64,000 nucleotides of DNA from an uncultured Trueperaceae bacterium (GCA_963799485.1 CAWCXJ010000007.1:352001-416000); one strand, 5' to 3'; numbered from the stretch's first letter, positions 11,182 through 21,823 are shown. Translations and numbers: made by a program. Notes: a model not told the origin generated them from the sequence alone.

Positions 11182-12129
11182 GTGCAGATTACACCTGAAT
11201 TTAAGGCCCGCGTAGGCGAGCAGTACGGCGAGTTTACGGTCGAACCGCTGCCACGCGGTTACGGCGTCACCATCGGCAACCCGCTGCGGCGTATTTTGCT
11301 GTCGTCGGTTGCCGGGACTGCCGTCACCAGCGTTTATATCGAAGATGTACTCCACGAGTTTTCGACCATCGAGGGGATGAAAGAGGATGTCATGCAGCTG
11401 ATCCTCAACCTCAAAGAGTTGGTCGTCAAACTGCACGACAACGAGCCGGTCACGTTGACCCTCCGCGCCGAACGTGCCGGGCCGGTCACTGCCGGGGACT
11501 TTGAAGTCCCGATGGGCGCGTCCGTCGTCAACCCCGACCTTTATCTAGCGACGTTGGCCGATGGCGGCAAGCTCGTCATGGAAGTCCGGGTCGAACCCGG
11601 TATCGGCTACGTTCCGGCGGAGATTCACGCGACCAAAGACCGTATCAATTCGATTCCGGTCGACGCCGTCTTTACCCCTGTGCGCCGCGTCGCCTACCGC
11701 GTCGAAGACACCCGCGTCGGACAAAAGACCGACCTCGACCGTTTGGTGCTTCGTGTCTGGACGGACGGCAGCGTCTCGCCCAAAGAAGCGTTGGAGAGTG
11801 CGGTCGACACACTTCGTAACCAGCTCTCAGTCTTTAGCGGCGGCGAGTTTGAAGAGCCGGTGCCGGTCATTGCTGCGCCGACGACAGCAAGTGCCGCCGC
11901 TTCAGAGCCGGCCGGTGTAGGCCGCGCCGAGACCACGCAGGTTACGCTGGAAAGCCTCGAGCTCTCGAGCCGCGTGTTGCATTCGCTGCAAGAAGAGGGT
12001 ATCGATTCGGTCGACGCACTTTTAGCGCTGTCTGAACGCGACCTTAAGAAAGTCGGCGGCGTCGGTGACAAGTCGCTCGAGGAGATCAAAGAGCGCCTGC
12101 AAGCGCAGGGCTTCGAACTAAAGGAGTAA
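11182..12129 (+). CDS. rpoA: RNA polymerase alpha subunit
   Basis: EPLPRGYGVTIGNPLRRILLSS, VLHEFSTI, IPVDAVFTPV. Confidence 0.98.
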   Translation: MQITPEFKARVGEQYGEFTVEPLPRGYGVTIGNPLRRILLSSVAGTAVTSVYIEDVLHEFSTIEGMKEDVMQLILNLKELVVKLHDNEPVTLTLRAERAGPVTAGDFEVPMGASVVNPDLYLATLADGGKLVMEVRVEPGIGYVPAEIHATKDRINSIPVDAVFTPVRRVAYRVEDTRVGQKTDLDRLVLRVWTDGSVSPKEALESAVDTLRNQLSVFSGGEFEEPVPVIAAPTTASAAASEPAGVGRAETTQVTLESLELSSRVLHSLQEEGIDSVDALLALSERDLKKVGGVGDKSLEEIKERLQAQGFELKE

Positions 12130-12132
12130 ATC

Positions 12133-12495
12133 GTGAGACACATGTCTAGCGGGCGCAAGCTGAACCGCAACAGCAGCCACCGCATCGCCCTTGCGCGTTC
12201 ACAAGCGACCTCGTTATTTCGTCACGGTCGCATCAAAACCACGGTTGCCAAGGCCAAAAACCTGCGCCCGTATGTTGAAAAGCTCATCACCACCGCTAAA
12301 GGTGGCAACCTCCACGCACGGCGGCTGGTGCTTAAAGAGATTCACGATGTTGTAATTGTCCGTAAACTGATGGACGAGATCGCGCCGTCGTTTAGCACCC
12401 GTCCGGGCGGCTACACGCGTATTTACCGCCTCGAGACTCGGCGCGGCGACGGCGCGCAAGAGGCGCTGATCGAACTCGTAACGGATATTACCTAA
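12133..12495 (+). CDS. rplQ: 50S ribosomal protein L17
   Basis: [14 protein letters not shown]...RPGGYTRI...RRGDGA. Confidence 0.98.
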   Translation: MRHMSSGRKLNRNSSHRIALARSQATSLFRHGRIKTTVAKAKNLRPYVEKLITTAKGGNLHARRLVLKEIHDVVIVRKLMDEIAPSFSTRPGGYTRIYRLETRRGDGAQEALIELVTDIT

Positions 12496-12512
12496 ACAAA
12501 GATCGCAACACC

Positions 12513-12541
12513 GGCTCCCGCAAACTTTCGGGAGCTTTTCT
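12513..12541 (+). terminator. Intrinsic terminator of the alpha operon
   Basis: GCTCCCG/CGGGAGC stem followed by T-rich tract. Confidence 0.75.
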
Positions 12542-12674
12542 ATTACTATTTTTTATTACTATTCTGAAACGGTGGTTTTTCGTTCCCGCTACGACTCTGC
12601 AGTCTTTTGTCCGGGGTTCAGGAGGGAGTATCAATGCATACTGGCATACGAAAAGCGAGTCGGAGCCTTGAAAC

Positions 12675-12980
12675 CGGCTCGAGCGCATCTTTTTCGAGGC
12701 GATAAACTCGCACAAAGACTGGTTGACTGAACCCTTTAACGAAGATTACGTTGCGGTGGCTGCCGAAGCTGCGCAGTATCTGGTCGAGCGCAAAACCGCT
12801 GTCGTCGGCGTAGATTATCTCTCCGTTGCACCTTTTTCCGACACCTTTCATACCCACCGGGCGCTGTTAGATGCAGGCGTTTGGGTCACCGAAGGTCGCG
12901 GCTTGCGAAACATTCGAGAAGGACACTTTGAGACGGCAGCGACGCCTCCCCACTGCGGGTGCGGGTGCTTTACGCCCCGT
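12675..12980 (+). pseudogene. Remnant of a cyclase/kynurenine formamidase-family gene
   Basis: AAQYLVERKTAVVGVDYLSV...HRALLDAGVWVTEG matches the cyclase C-terminal half; in-frame TGA just upstream; 3' end drifts out of frame. Confidence 0.65.
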
Positions 12981-13000
12981 TTAGGTCAAGCACCTAAACC

Positions 13001-13032
13001 AAAAGAGCTGCCCTGCTACCGGCAGCCTTTTT
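13001..13032 (-). terminator. Terminator downstream of lpdA (possibly bidirectional)
   Basis: AAAAGAGCTGCC...GGCAGCCTTTTT. Confidence 0.65.
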
Positions 13033-13045
13033 CGTTTATGGCACC

Positions 13046-14431
13046 CTATTTACGGCGTTTGTTCCCGATGTGAATCGCTAGACCGTGCGCGGCTTCGGCA
13101 GCTTCCATAAAGCTCTCGGCAACCGTCGGGTGCGCGTGCTGCGTCAGCGAGATGTCTTCTAAGGTTGCGCCCATCTCGATAGCGAGCGCCGCTTCGGAGA
13201 CCATATCGCCCGCACTCGGCCCGACCATGTGAAAACCCAAAAGCAGGTCGGTCTCTTCGTCGCCGATGACCTTGACGACGCCTTCGCTCACGCCTAACGT
13301 CATGGCGCGGCCCGACGCAGCGAGCGGGAACACCCCGACGCGCACCTTATGACCGGCGTCTTTAGCCTCTTGTTCGGTCATGCCGACCGACGCGAGTTCG
13401 GGGCTTGTGTAGACGACTGCCGGGACGATGGTGTCATAGGCGGCAGGTTGACCGGCGGCGTGTTCAGCAGCGACCAGGCCCTCTTTCATCGCTTTGTGCG
13501 CCAGCAGGGGCGGTTTGCTCACGTCACCGATGGCGTAGATGTTGGGGATGTTCGTCTGCATCTGCGGGTTGGTCGGAATAAAACCGCGCTCGAGCTCTAC
13601 CCCCACCGCTTCCAACCCGAGCCCTGCGCCGCGTGGTTTGCGCCCTACTGCAACTAAAATCTTGTCGACGACGAGCTTTTCTTCTTTGCCGTCACGCTCT
13701 AAGGTGACTTCAATACCACCTTTAATCTTTTTCTGGCTCAGCGCTTTGGTGCCGGTCAGGATTTTGACGCCGCGTTTGTCGAAAGATTTACGTAGCTCTT
13801 TGGCCGCGTCACGGTCGGCGGTCGGGACGATTTCGTCCATCAGTTCAACCACGGTGACTTCTGCGCCCAAGGCGTGATAGATGTCGGAAAACTCCAAACC
13901 AATCGCACTCCCGCCGATAGCCAAAAACCGCTTCGGTACTTCGGAGACGAGCAGCGCCCCCGTCGAATTGACAATCGTGTCGCCGTTTGTCTCAAACCCC
14001 GGAATCTCGATGGGTTCCGAACCGGTCGCAACGATGATTTTTTCTGCCGTAAAACTTTTATCACCGACCTGCACGGTATTTTTGTCTTTAAGAACTGCGT
14101 GGCCTTCGATCAGCTCGACCTTGTTGCTCTTGAGCAGACTCCGCACACCGCCGGTTAGTTTATTGACGACGCTCGTCTTCCATTTGTCTACTTGCTTCAA
14201 GTCGACTTTAGGTTTGCCGAAATCGATCCCATAAGCTTTGGCGTGTTGCGCCTCGCGCAAATCTTCCGCGACGTGCAAGAGCGCTTTGGTTGGAATGCAG
14301 CCGACGTTCAGGCAGACGCCGCCCACATAGGTTTCTTCGACACACGCCGTTTTTAGACCGAGCTGCGCGGCGCGGATGGCGGCGTGATAGCCCCCCGGCC
14401 CCGACCCGATAATCAGCACTTGGTAGTCCAT
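13046..14431 (-). CDS. lpdA: Dihydrolipoyl dehydrogenase
   Basis: [19 protein letters not shown] redox disulfide, HAHPTVAE. Confidence 0.96.
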   Translation of the reverse strand: MDYQVLIIGSGPGGYHAAIRAAQLGLKTACVEETYVGGVCLNVGCIPTKALLHVAEDLREAQHAKAYGIDFGKPKVDLKQVDKWKTSVVNKLTGGVRSLLKSNKVELIEGHAVLKDKNTVQVGDKSFTAEKIIVATGSEPIEIPGFETNGDTIVNSTGALLVSEVPKRFLAIGGSAIGLEFSDIYHALGAEVTVVELMDEIVPTADRDAAKELRKSFDKRGVKILTGTKALSQKKIKGGIEVTLERDGKEEKLVVDKILVAVGRKPRGAGLGLEAVGVELERGFIPTNPQMQTNIPNIYAIGDVSKPPLLAHKAMKEGLVAAEHAAGQPAAYDTIVPAVVYTSPELASVGMTEQEAKDAGHKVRVGVFPLAASGRAMTLGVSEGVVKVIGDEETDLLLGFHMVGPSAGDMVSEAALAIEMGATLEDISLTQHAHPTVAESFMEAAEAAHGLAIHIGNKRRK

Positions 14432-14570
14432 CTCTCCTCCTCGGCACCTCTTGGAGATGCGGTAGCTTTAGTTTACCTTGTCCCTCAGCGCGCAAACGTT
14501 TAGGCACGCTGTTTTAGGTAAGGCGTTACGGGTCGCAAAAGGCGGCGTATCGACCTGTTAAGCTAATCAT

Positions 14571-15827
14571 GTGACGCAGAATGAAAAGCATGTCGTGGTG
14601 GTCGGTGCGGGGTTAGCCGGGTTGACGGCGGCGCGTGTCTTGAGGCTTGCGGGGGTACGGGTGCGGGTACTCGAGTCCCAACCCCATCTCGGGGGCCGGG
14701 TTCATTCTCTGAGCCAAGACGGGTTTACCCTGGACGCCGGGTTTCAGGTCTTGTTTACGGCCTATCCCGCCGTAAAACGCAACCTGGACCTCAAACGCCT
14801 AGACCTCGTAAGCTTGCTTCCGGCAGCGGTTATCTGTCAGGGACGTTCGCGCGAAACCGTCGGGCGCGACCCCGGCAGTTTACGGGGGACGCTCCGAGCC
14901 GGGAGTCTGAACTGGCCCGACCGGGTGAGGCTACTGGCGCTCGCCGCGACCTTGAAAAGCGCTCCGGTCTCACAGCTGCTAATGGGTGACGACGAACCGA
15001 CGCACGACTTTTTACGGCGTTACGGCCTTTCAGAGCGGGTTATCGAACGGTTTTTTGCACCGTTTTTCGGCGGTATCTTTTTACAGCGTAATCTCTCAAC
15101 GAGTTCCAGGCTTTTTCGCTACTACTTCCGGATGTTGCTGGACGGTCCGGTTGCGCTGCCGAGGGGCGGCATAGGCCGGATTCCGCAGCAACTTGCTGAA
15201 GGGTTGGACGTCAGCTTTGATACGAAAGTGGCGGGCCTCGAGCCCCACCCTTCAGGCGTCACCGTAAAAACAGCGGGGGAGAGCTTAGAGGCGACCCACG
15301 TCATCGTCGCCACCGACCCGCCCGAACTGGGGCGGTTGACGGGCGTTGCCGCTCCTAAGGGGAGCGTCGGCAGCACCTATCTCTACTACGCTTCGCCGCT
15401 GCGTTTAGACGCCGAACCGCGCCTGCTGCTAAACGCCGAGCAGGGTTACGTCAACAATGCCCTCTGGCTAAGTAATGTCAATCCGCTGCTCGCTCCGTTA
15501 GGGCAACACCTGCTTTCGGTTACGGCGCTCGGCGCAGAAGAACTGGATGACAGTGAATTAGATGACAGGATAAAACGTGAGCTTGCAACTTGGTATGGCG
15601 ACGCCGTAAAACAGCTGCATCTTCTGAAGATAATCCGTATTCCCTTCGCCCAGTTCGTGCAACCTGCCGGGTTTAGTGCAGCGTTGTCGGAAAATGAGAC
15701 GCCGCTACCAAACGTCTTTATCGCTTCCGAGGCGACCAGTATGAGTTCAATTCAGGGGGCGATGGAGAGTGGTGAACAGGCAGCGGCGCTGGTTTTGGGG
15801 CGTGGGGTGAGGGCTCGAGGGGCCTGA
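14571..15827 (+). CDS. FAD-dependent oxidoreductase (amine oxidase/phytoene desaturase-like)
   Basis: VVGAGLAGL, GGRV, DAGFQV, SIQGAMESG. Confidence 0.85.
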   Translation: MTQNEKHVVVVGAGLAGLTAARVLRLAGVRVRVLESQPHLGGRVHSLSQDGFTLDAGFQVLFTAYPAVKRNLDLKRLDLVSLLPAAVICQGRSRETVGRDPGSLRGTLRAGSLNWPDRVRLLALAATLKSAPVSQLLMGDDEPTHDFLRRYGLSERVIERFFAPFFGGIFLQRNLSTSSRLFRYYFRMLLDGPVALPRGGIGRIPQQLAEGLDVSFDTKVAGLEPHPSGVTVKTAGESLEATHVIVATDPPELGRLTGVAAPKGSVGSTYLYYASPLRLDAEPRLLLNAEQGYVNNALWLSNVNPLLAPLGQHLLSVTALGAEELDDSELDDRIKRELATWYGDAVKQLHLLKIIRIPFAQFVQPAGFSAALSENETPLPNVFIASEATSMSSIQGAMESGEQAAALVLGRGVRARGA

Positions 15828-15828
15828 C

Positions 15829-16101
15829 TTACGTACTTTTGCGGCGGTTTTGACGTTCGATATATTTTACGGCGAAGGAGCAGAGCGCGATGACCTCGAG
15901 CCCGTTTGCAGCGGCGTACTCCAGCACCTCTTTGGTCAACTTACTCGCCACGCCCTGACCTTCAAAGGCAGATGGAACGTAAGTATGAGTAATCGTTAAT
16001 GTACCTGCTCCGGGACTCAAAACATAACTGAGTTCAGCGAGTGCGCCGCCTTTTAGGGCGACTTCAAAACGGTTTTGGGCAGCGTTATGAATGACGTTCA
16101 T
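15829..16101 (-). CDS. Small GNAT acetyltransferase (YjdJ-like)
   Basis: RFE...ITHTYVP..FEGQGVA...CSF; TATGCT 6 nt before ATG. Confidence 0.85.
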   Translation of the reverse strand: MNVIHNAAQNRFEVALKGGALAELSYVLSPGAGTLTITHTYVPSAFEGQGVASKLTKEVLEYAAANGLEVIALCSFAVKYIERQNRRKST

Positions 16102-16120
16102 GGCCCCAGCATAGCTGCGT

Positions 16121-17068
16121 CTACCGCTGAACAACGTTTTTTAGGGGTTGCCCTGCCGAAAACCGCCGGAGATTCTCGGCAATCAAGGCTTCCGCGCCCT
16201 GCGGTCTGCCCCCGGCAGCGTGCGGCGAGATGATGAGGTTCGGCGTGTCCCAGAGGGGCGAAGCTGCGGGCAGCGGTTCGGTTTGGAATACGTCGAGCGC
16301 CGCGCCGCCGAGCTTGCCTGCGCGGAGTGCGTAAGCAAGCGCAGTTTCATCGACTGAAGTACCGCGCCCGACGTTGACGACCCACGCGTGGCGGGGGAGA
16401 AGGGCTAAACGCCCCTCCGAGAGTGCGCGCCGCGTCGCCTCGGAACCCGGCAAAATCATCACCAGTACGTCGGTTTGCGGTAACAGTTGCGGTAATGCGT
16501 TTTCGGTAAAGATTTCAGTGCCGTCTCTGACTCCGGCGCTGCGGGCTACGCCGCGAACGTGTGCGCCCAACAACTTCAGGTGTGGGGTGAGTGTTCGGGC
16601 GATGTTGCCGTAACCCCAAACAAGCACCTGGGCGTCTCGCAACGTCCGAAAGCTGTCTTTGGGCCGGTCGGGTTGTAAGCCGCCCAAATGCTCTGCCCAG
16701 CGGCGCTCCGTCTGAAAGTCGCGCATTTCGTAAAACCGCCGGGCAGCGTTAAGCAGCAGCCCGAGCGTGTGTTCGGCAACCGTACAGTCATGAAGTCCGC
16801 TCCCGCTCGTAATAGTCACGCCTTCTGCAAAACCGGCGTTCAAAACGTCGTTGGGGCCGGCTGCGAGCGACTGAATCCAGCGGAGACTCGCGAGCTTCGT
16901 GGCTGCATCTTTGAGCATCTCAGCGCTGTTGCCCCAGGTGACCAAAACTTCAGCGTCATGGTGTTCTGTGGGTAACGCCTTGTCAACATCGTAAGAGAAA
17001 AGGGTGACGCCGAAACCCTCGAGCAAGCCCACATCAAACGCCAAAGAGGTCGGATAGAGCAGTTTCAT
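16121..17068 (-). CDS. D-2-hydroxyacid dehydrogenase family protein
   Basis: GYGNIA, VNVGRG, AALDVFQTEPLP, SPHAAG. Confidence 0.9.
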   Translation of the reverse strand: MKLLYPTSLAFDVGLLEGFGVTLFSYDVDKALPTEHHDAEVLVTWGNSAEMLKDAATKLASLRWIQSLAAGPNDVLNAGFAEGVTITSGSGLHDCTVAEHTLGLLLNAARRFYEMRDFQTERRWAEHLGGLQPDRPKDSFRTLRDAQVLVWGYGNIARTLTPHLKLLGAHVRGVARSAGVRDGTEIFTENALPQLLPQTDVLVMILPGSEATRRALSEGRLALLPRHAWVVNVGRGTSVDETALAYALRAGKLGGAALDVFQTEPLPAASPLWDTPNLIISPHAAGGRPQGAEALIAENLRRFSAGQPLKNVVQR

Positions 17069-17080
17069 CCGCTAACTATA

Positions 17081-17143
17081 GCAATGAGCAAAAAGCAACG
17101 AGCCATGAGGGCAAAACCCTCATGGCTCGTTGCTCGGTACTTG
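17081..17143. repeat. Heptamer-built palindromic repeat, copy 1
   Basis: GCAATGA-GCAAAAA-GCAACGA-GCCATGA then inverted; 18-bp perfect stem 17094-17111/17117-17134. Confidence 0.8.
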
Positions 17144-17150
17144 TTACGGC

Positions 17151-17807
17151 TTACAGAACCTGCATCACGTAGTCGTCGGTGGCGGCCTCGAGCCCTTGCG
17201 GGTCGGCGTAGTAAACGCCGCGTGTGCCGGACAAGGCACCTTCTTGGCGCAGCTCACCCAGAATACGGGTGATGGTAACGCGTGAGGAGCCGGTCAGCGA
17301 AGCCAAATCTTCGTGTGTCAGTGCGAGCGGCAGCTTAACGCCTGCGCCGGTATCGGACGCTTGACCGAAACGCTCGACGAGGCGCAGGAACGCTTTGGTC
17401 ACGCGGGCACCGACCGGGAGCTCGGCGTCGTCGATACCCTGGCGGGCGTGACGGAGCTGGCGGGCGAGGCTCCGCAGGATGTGGTCGCGCAAGTTTCGGT
17501 CGTTCATCGCCTGGGCCGGGTCGAGCGGGACGAGCTGCGCGTCGTGGACAGCGACAACGGTTTCGGCGTGCTGACCGCCGTCGAGGGCGGCAGTGCCAAC
17601 GACGTCACCGGGGCCGTAGAGGTCGGCGATGCGTTCTTTGCCCATCGAAGTGGGGACGACGGCTTTTAAGACGCCGCTGCTGACTAGGTAGAGCGAAGAG
17701 GCGTCGCGGCCTTCTTCGTATAAAACATCGTCGGGCTCGAGGACGCGCGTCGGTAGGGCGAGCGTTGAAGGGACAAGGGGATGAGTGGTGCTAAAAATCT
17801 GGGTCAT
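17151..17807 (-). CDS. Crp/Fnr family transcriptional regulator
   Basis: cNMP-fold N-terminus (LY.EG...LYLVSSG...GKE...GPGDVVG); HTH LTHEDLASLTGSSRVTITRIL. Confidence 0.92.
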   Translation of the reverse strand: MTQIFSTTHPLVPSTLALPTRVLEPDDVLYEEGRDASSLYLVSSGVLKAVVPTSMGKERIADLYGPGDVVGTAALDGGQHAETVVAVHDAQLVPLDPAQAMNDRNLRDHILRSLARQLRHARQGIDDAELPVGARVTKAFLRLVERFGQASDTGAGVKLPLALTHEDLASLTGSSRVTITRILGELRQEGALSGTRGVYYADPQGLEAATDDYVMQVL

Positions 17808-17860
17808 CTGAAACCTCTTTTGGGTTGAAAAGGGTGAAGTGGTGCGGGTGGATGTGGGTC

Positions 17861-17918
17861 TTTTACTGAATCACATCATCAGTAAAACTATTCTACCTCA
17901 TTTTTTAAGGTTAGTCAA
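17861..17918 (-). promoter_or_regulatory. SigA-type promoter of the crp-like gene with overlapping palindrome
   Basis: Minus strand TTGACT-17bp-TAGAAT; TTTTACTGA-N9-TCAGTAAAA at 17861-17887 spans the predicted start site. Confidence 0.7.
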
Positions 17919-18031
17919 GTACGCTCAAGGTAGCGAAAAGCTCGTACTGGACGATAAAAACTACTTTGTAAGGCATACCTAAATTGCTAGGTTCTACCCC
18001 TCTGACATGATAGGGCGTATCCTTGTGAGAT

Positions 18032-19144
18032 ATGTCAGATTATCCAAAAAGGCGGGTTAAGGTCCGTGAACTAGCAGAACTCGAGGCCGTCGTGCTTGTA
18101 CCGGGGGCCAACCTGCACTACTTTACCGGCCTGAACTTCGGGCTTTCCGAACGGCCTGTTCTGGCGTTTGTCGGCGCGTTTAGCGCGGGCGACGGACTGG
18201 CGCTGCTGCTGCCTGAACTCGAGGTTTCGCAGTTAGCGGCGCACCCCAAGTTAGCTCCCCGCATCTTCTCATGGAGCGATGAAGCGGGGTATAGCGGCGC
18301 GCTCCGGGCAGCCCTAGACGAGTTGGAACTGCGCGAGCAGGTACTCGGTATCGACGCCCTGACGATGCGGGCGTTTGAATATCTGGCGCTTTTGGCAGAA
18401 GCTCCGGAACTCCAGGTACGCCGCGCCGAAGAGGAGCTGATGCGTATTCGCGCCCGCAAGGAACCCGGCGAGCTGGCGGCGATTCGTGAGGCGGTGGCGC
18501 TGAGCGAGCGTGCCTTGACACGGCTTTTGCCCGAGCTAAAGGTAGGGCAGAGTGAAGCGCAAATTGCAGCGCGGCTCACAGAACTTTTGGGAGAAGAGGG
18601 CAGCGAAGGCCACGCGTTTGCGCCACTGGTGCAGTCCGGCCCGAACAGCGCCCTGCCCCACGGCAACCCGTCGGCGCGGACGCTAAAGGCCGGTGAACCG
18701 CTTTTGATCGACTACGGAGGTCGCAAGCGCAGCTACCCCGCCGACATCACCCGGACACTCTTTTTAGGCGAGCCGACGCCGGAACTAGCCCGCATCTTCG
18801 AGGTCGTATCGGACGCGAGCCGGGCGGCGATCTCAGCGGTGGGGCCGGGTGTCCCGATGCAGGCAATCGACCGGGCAGCACGGCGCGTTATCGAGGCGGC
18901 AGGCTACGGTGAGCGGTTCATTCACCGCACCGGACACGGTTTGGGCCTCGAGGTTCACGAGAGCATCCCGCAGCTTGCCGAGGGAGTCGAGATACCTTTA
19001 GAACCCGGTATGGTCATGACGATAGAACCGGGGGTGTACCTGCCGGGCGTAGGCGGGGTGCGGCTCGAGGACGTTGTAATCGTCACCGAAACGGGTGCCG
19101 AAGTCTTGACCAAGCTGCCGCACAAACTCTTTGCAGGTGAGTAG
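18032..19144 (+). CDS. M24 family Xaa-Pro peptidase
   Basis: SALPHG, DYG...YPADITRT, HRTGHGLGLEVHE, TIEPGVY, GVRLED. Confidence 0.93.
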   Translation: MSDYPKRRVKVRELAELEAVVLVPGANLHYFTGLNFGLSERPVLAFVGAFSAGDGLALLLPELEVSQLAAHPKLAPRIFSWSDEAGYSGALRAALDELELREQVLGIDALTMRAFEYLALLAEAPELQVRRAEEELMRIRARKEPGELAAIREAVALSERALTRLLPELKVGQSEAQIAARLTELLGEEGSEGHAFAPLVQSGPNSALPHGNPSARTLKAGEPLLIDYGGRKRSYPADITRTLFLGEPTPELARIFEVVSDASRAAISAVGPGVPMQAIDRAARRVIEAAGYGERFIHRTGHGLGLEVHESIPQLAEGVEIPLEPGMVMTIEPGVYLPGVGGVRLEDVVIVTETGAEVLTKLPHKLFAGE

Positions 19145-19274
19145 GCGTTTGTGGGGCTTGTCAACTGCAGGACTTGTCAATCCAGCCGTGAAAGCGTAGG
19201 AATTTAGGTGATGCGCTACTGGCTGCACTCCCCGCACGGTAAAGTGCTCAGCCTTAAAGGGTCGTTTTGTTACG

Positions 19275-20939
19275 TCAGCGCGGCACAGATGGCACAGTGA
19301 GCGCGTTCAAGGCCGCGCTTAAGGCTGTTTGGGGGTCGTTGCCGACCTTGACCATCGTAAAACTCAGGTCGTCGCTGCTACCGTCGTCTTCATACCACGC
19401 GCCGCCACCCCGAAAGGTCGGGGCACCGTCTTCGTTTTCGATACGGTCGTTTTCATCGTAAGCGACGAGTCTTTCAGCGCCGGACTCGTCGTAAAAGACG
19501 ATATCGTAGGTTTCGCCGTCGCCGAAATCGAGAACGTCGATGTGGCCTACGCCAGTCGGCGCGCCGCACGCCTCGAGGCCGTTTTCACAGTACGTCCACG
19601 CACCCTTGCCGCCCCGGACGAAAAACTCCGCGAGCCCGGAGTCGGCGCTCGAGGACGCCTCTGAAATGCTCAAGTAACCCACGAACGCTTTATCTCTAGA
19701 ACTTGCCGCCCACGCCCATTCGCCGTAAAACGGCACGTCGGGCGTTTCGGAACCTCCCCCGGTTACTTCGACCGTGACTTGTTCACGGGTTTTGCCGCCC
19801 TTACGGTCGCCCACAGTTACCGACGCGGTGTAAGTTCCGGCTTTCTGGTAGGTATGGCGCGCCGGGTTTTCGCCTGAAATCACGCCGTCGCCGAAATCCC
19901 ACAGATAGACGAGGGTATCGTCGTCGGCGTCGGTTGCCGAGGCGCTGAACTCGACCTGTAAAGGCGTCGTGCCCGAAGGGGGGTCGGCGGTCGCCGTGAC
20001 GTCTTCGGGTGGGGTGTTTTCAGGCGGCGGCGCGGCGGGCGCTTCAACGCTGATCTCGGTACCGGCAGACGTTTCAGCGAGGCCGTCGCTGACCGTGACA
20101 GACGCGGTGAACGTGCCGGGTTCGGTATAGGTGAGCGTGCGGCTCGAGTTCCCCTTTGCCTGTTCACCGTTGCCAAAATCCCAGGTGTAGCTGAGCGGTT
20201 CGCCTTCGGGGTCTTTGGCTTTGGCCCTAAACGAGACGGTCAGCGGCGCACTACCTTCAGTCTCGCTCGAGCTGAGCGAAACCTCGGGCGCTTCGTTGTC
20301 GGGTACTGTTGGCGGTTCGGTCGGGGGAACCTGAGGGTCAGGGTCGGTTACAGCAACGCGCTGCTCGGCTTGTGTCACACCACCACGCCCGTCGTCTACT
20401 GTCACAACGGCGATATAGACACCGGCTTCAGCGAAGGTATGCGTTCGGGTTGCACCGCCTACCGCGGCTTCACCGTCGCCGAAGTTCCAGCTGTAGGTCG
20501 CTGCGTCGCCGTCCGGGTCGGTTGCCGTAGCGCTAAACTTGACTTTTAACGGCGCTTTGCCCGTAGTTCTCGAGGCTTTTAGCGTAACGCTCGGGGCACC
20601 GTTTTCGGGAACAACTCGGGGCGCGGCAACGCTTATATCAACATCCGCCGTCGCCGTCTGCGCGTCCCGACTGACCCTGACCGAAACGGGAAACGTTCCG
20701 GCTTGCTTAAACACGTAGGCGCGGCTGGGGCTGCCCTGCGCCGTTTCGCCTGTGCCAAAATCCCACAAATAGCCGACTTCGTTGCCACCTTCCGGGACGC
20801 TGGCAGAGAAGTTGACCTCGAGGGGTGCTTCGCCGCTGAGTTTGTCGGCGTTCAGCGCGACCGAAAGCTCGTTTTGTCCGCCACTACACGCAGCGAGCAA
20901 GAGCAGCAGACCGAGCGAAAGTTCTTTCACCGGTATCAT
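19275..20939 (-). CDS. Lipoprotein with four PKD domains
   Basis: Lipobox LLAAC; four G.APL.V.F.A...Y.W(D/N)FG.G units separated by Pro-rich linkers; start could be 20972. Confidence 0.85.
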   Translation of the reverse strand: MIPVKELSLGLLLLLAACSGGQNELSVALNADKLSGEAPLEVNFSASVPEGGNEVGYLWDFGTGETAQGSPSRAYVFKQAGTFPVSVRVSRDAQTATADVDISVAAPRVVPENGAPSVTLKASRTTGKAPLKVKFSATATDPDGDAATYSWNFGDGEAAVGGATRTHTFAEAGVYIAVVTVDDGRGGVTQAEQRVAVTDPDPQVPPTEPPTVPDNEAPEVSLSSSETEGSAPLTVSFRAKAKDPEGEPLSYTWDFGNGEQAKGNSSRTLTYTEPGTFTASVTVSDGLAETSAGTEISVEAPAAPPPENTPPEDVTATADPPSGTTPLQVEFSASATDADDDTLVYLWDFGDGVISGENPARHTYQKAGTYTASVTVGDRKGGKTREQVTVEVTGGGSETPDVPFYGEWAWAASSRDKAFVGYLSISEASSSADSGLAEFFVRGGKGAWTYCENGLEACGAPTGVGHIDVLDFGDGETYDIVFYDESGAERLVAYDENDRIENEDGAPTFRGGGAWYEDDGSSDDLSFTMVKVGNDPQTALSAALNALTVPSVPR

Positions 20940-21178
20940 CAGGTTTCTTACTGTGGTTTTGCTGTGTATCACCGTAATTTTTTCATCGGGGCTTCCCCTA
21001 AAAGACCGGTACGAGCCGAATTGGCGTAAAAAAACTTGAGGTGGGCAGTGCCCTTACTGTAAGTTTGCCTCACCCGGCTGAGAGCTTTCTGTGAAGGTTG
21101 TACTTACGCCAGCGGGCACAAGTTAAGTCGGGCTTGTCTGAGCCTACAAGACCCTGAAACGGCGTGCTACCCTAAAGC

Positions 21179-21823
21179 ATGTCCGCACGCACCGCCCCCT
21201 CTGTGACCGTCATCGACCACCCGCTCGTGCAGCACAAACTGTCGCTTTTACGCGACCGCACGACCGATGTCCGCGATTTTCGGGAATTGTGTCAAGAACT
21301 CAGTATGCTGATGGCGTTTGAAGCCATGCGCGATTTGACCGTTGAGCCCATCACCATCGAAACACCCGTCGCCGAGGCGAAAACGCAGCGCCTGAGCGGT
21401 AAAAAGCTCGCGCTGGTAGCGATTTTGCGTGCGGGCCTAATTATGGTTGACGGCATTCTGGCACTCGTCCCGACGGCTCGAGTCGGACATATCGGGCTCT
21501 ACCGCAATCCCGAAACACTCGAGCCCGTCGAGTACTACAACAAGCTCCCCGCCGATATCGCCGAACGCGACGTTTTTTTGCTCGACCCGATGCTGGCGAC
21601 CGGTGGCAGCGCTGCTGCTGCGATTACCATTCTTAAAAGTCTAGGTGCCGCGCGAATCCGGCTGCTGTGTATTCTGGGCGCACCTGAAGGTATCGCCGCC
21701 GTTCACAGCGCCCACCCGGACGTTGAAATCATCCTGGCAGCCAAGGACGAACGCCTGAACGACCACGGTTATATCGTGCCGGGACTCGGCGATGCGGGCG
21801 ACCGGATTTACGGGACACGCTAA
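21179..21823 (+). CDS. upp: Uracil phosphoribosyltransferase
   Basis: [35 protein letters not shown]. Confidence 0.97.
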   Translation: MSARTAPSVTVIDHPLVQHKLSLLRDRTTDVRDFRELCQELSMLMAFEAMRDLTVEPITIETPVAEAKTQRLSGKKLALVAILRAGLIMVDGILALVPTARVGHIGLYRNPETLEPVEYYNKLPADIAERDVFLLDPMLATGGSAAAAITILKSLGAARIRLLCILGAPEGIAAVHSAHPDVEIILAAKDERLNDHGYIVPGLGDAGDRIYGTR

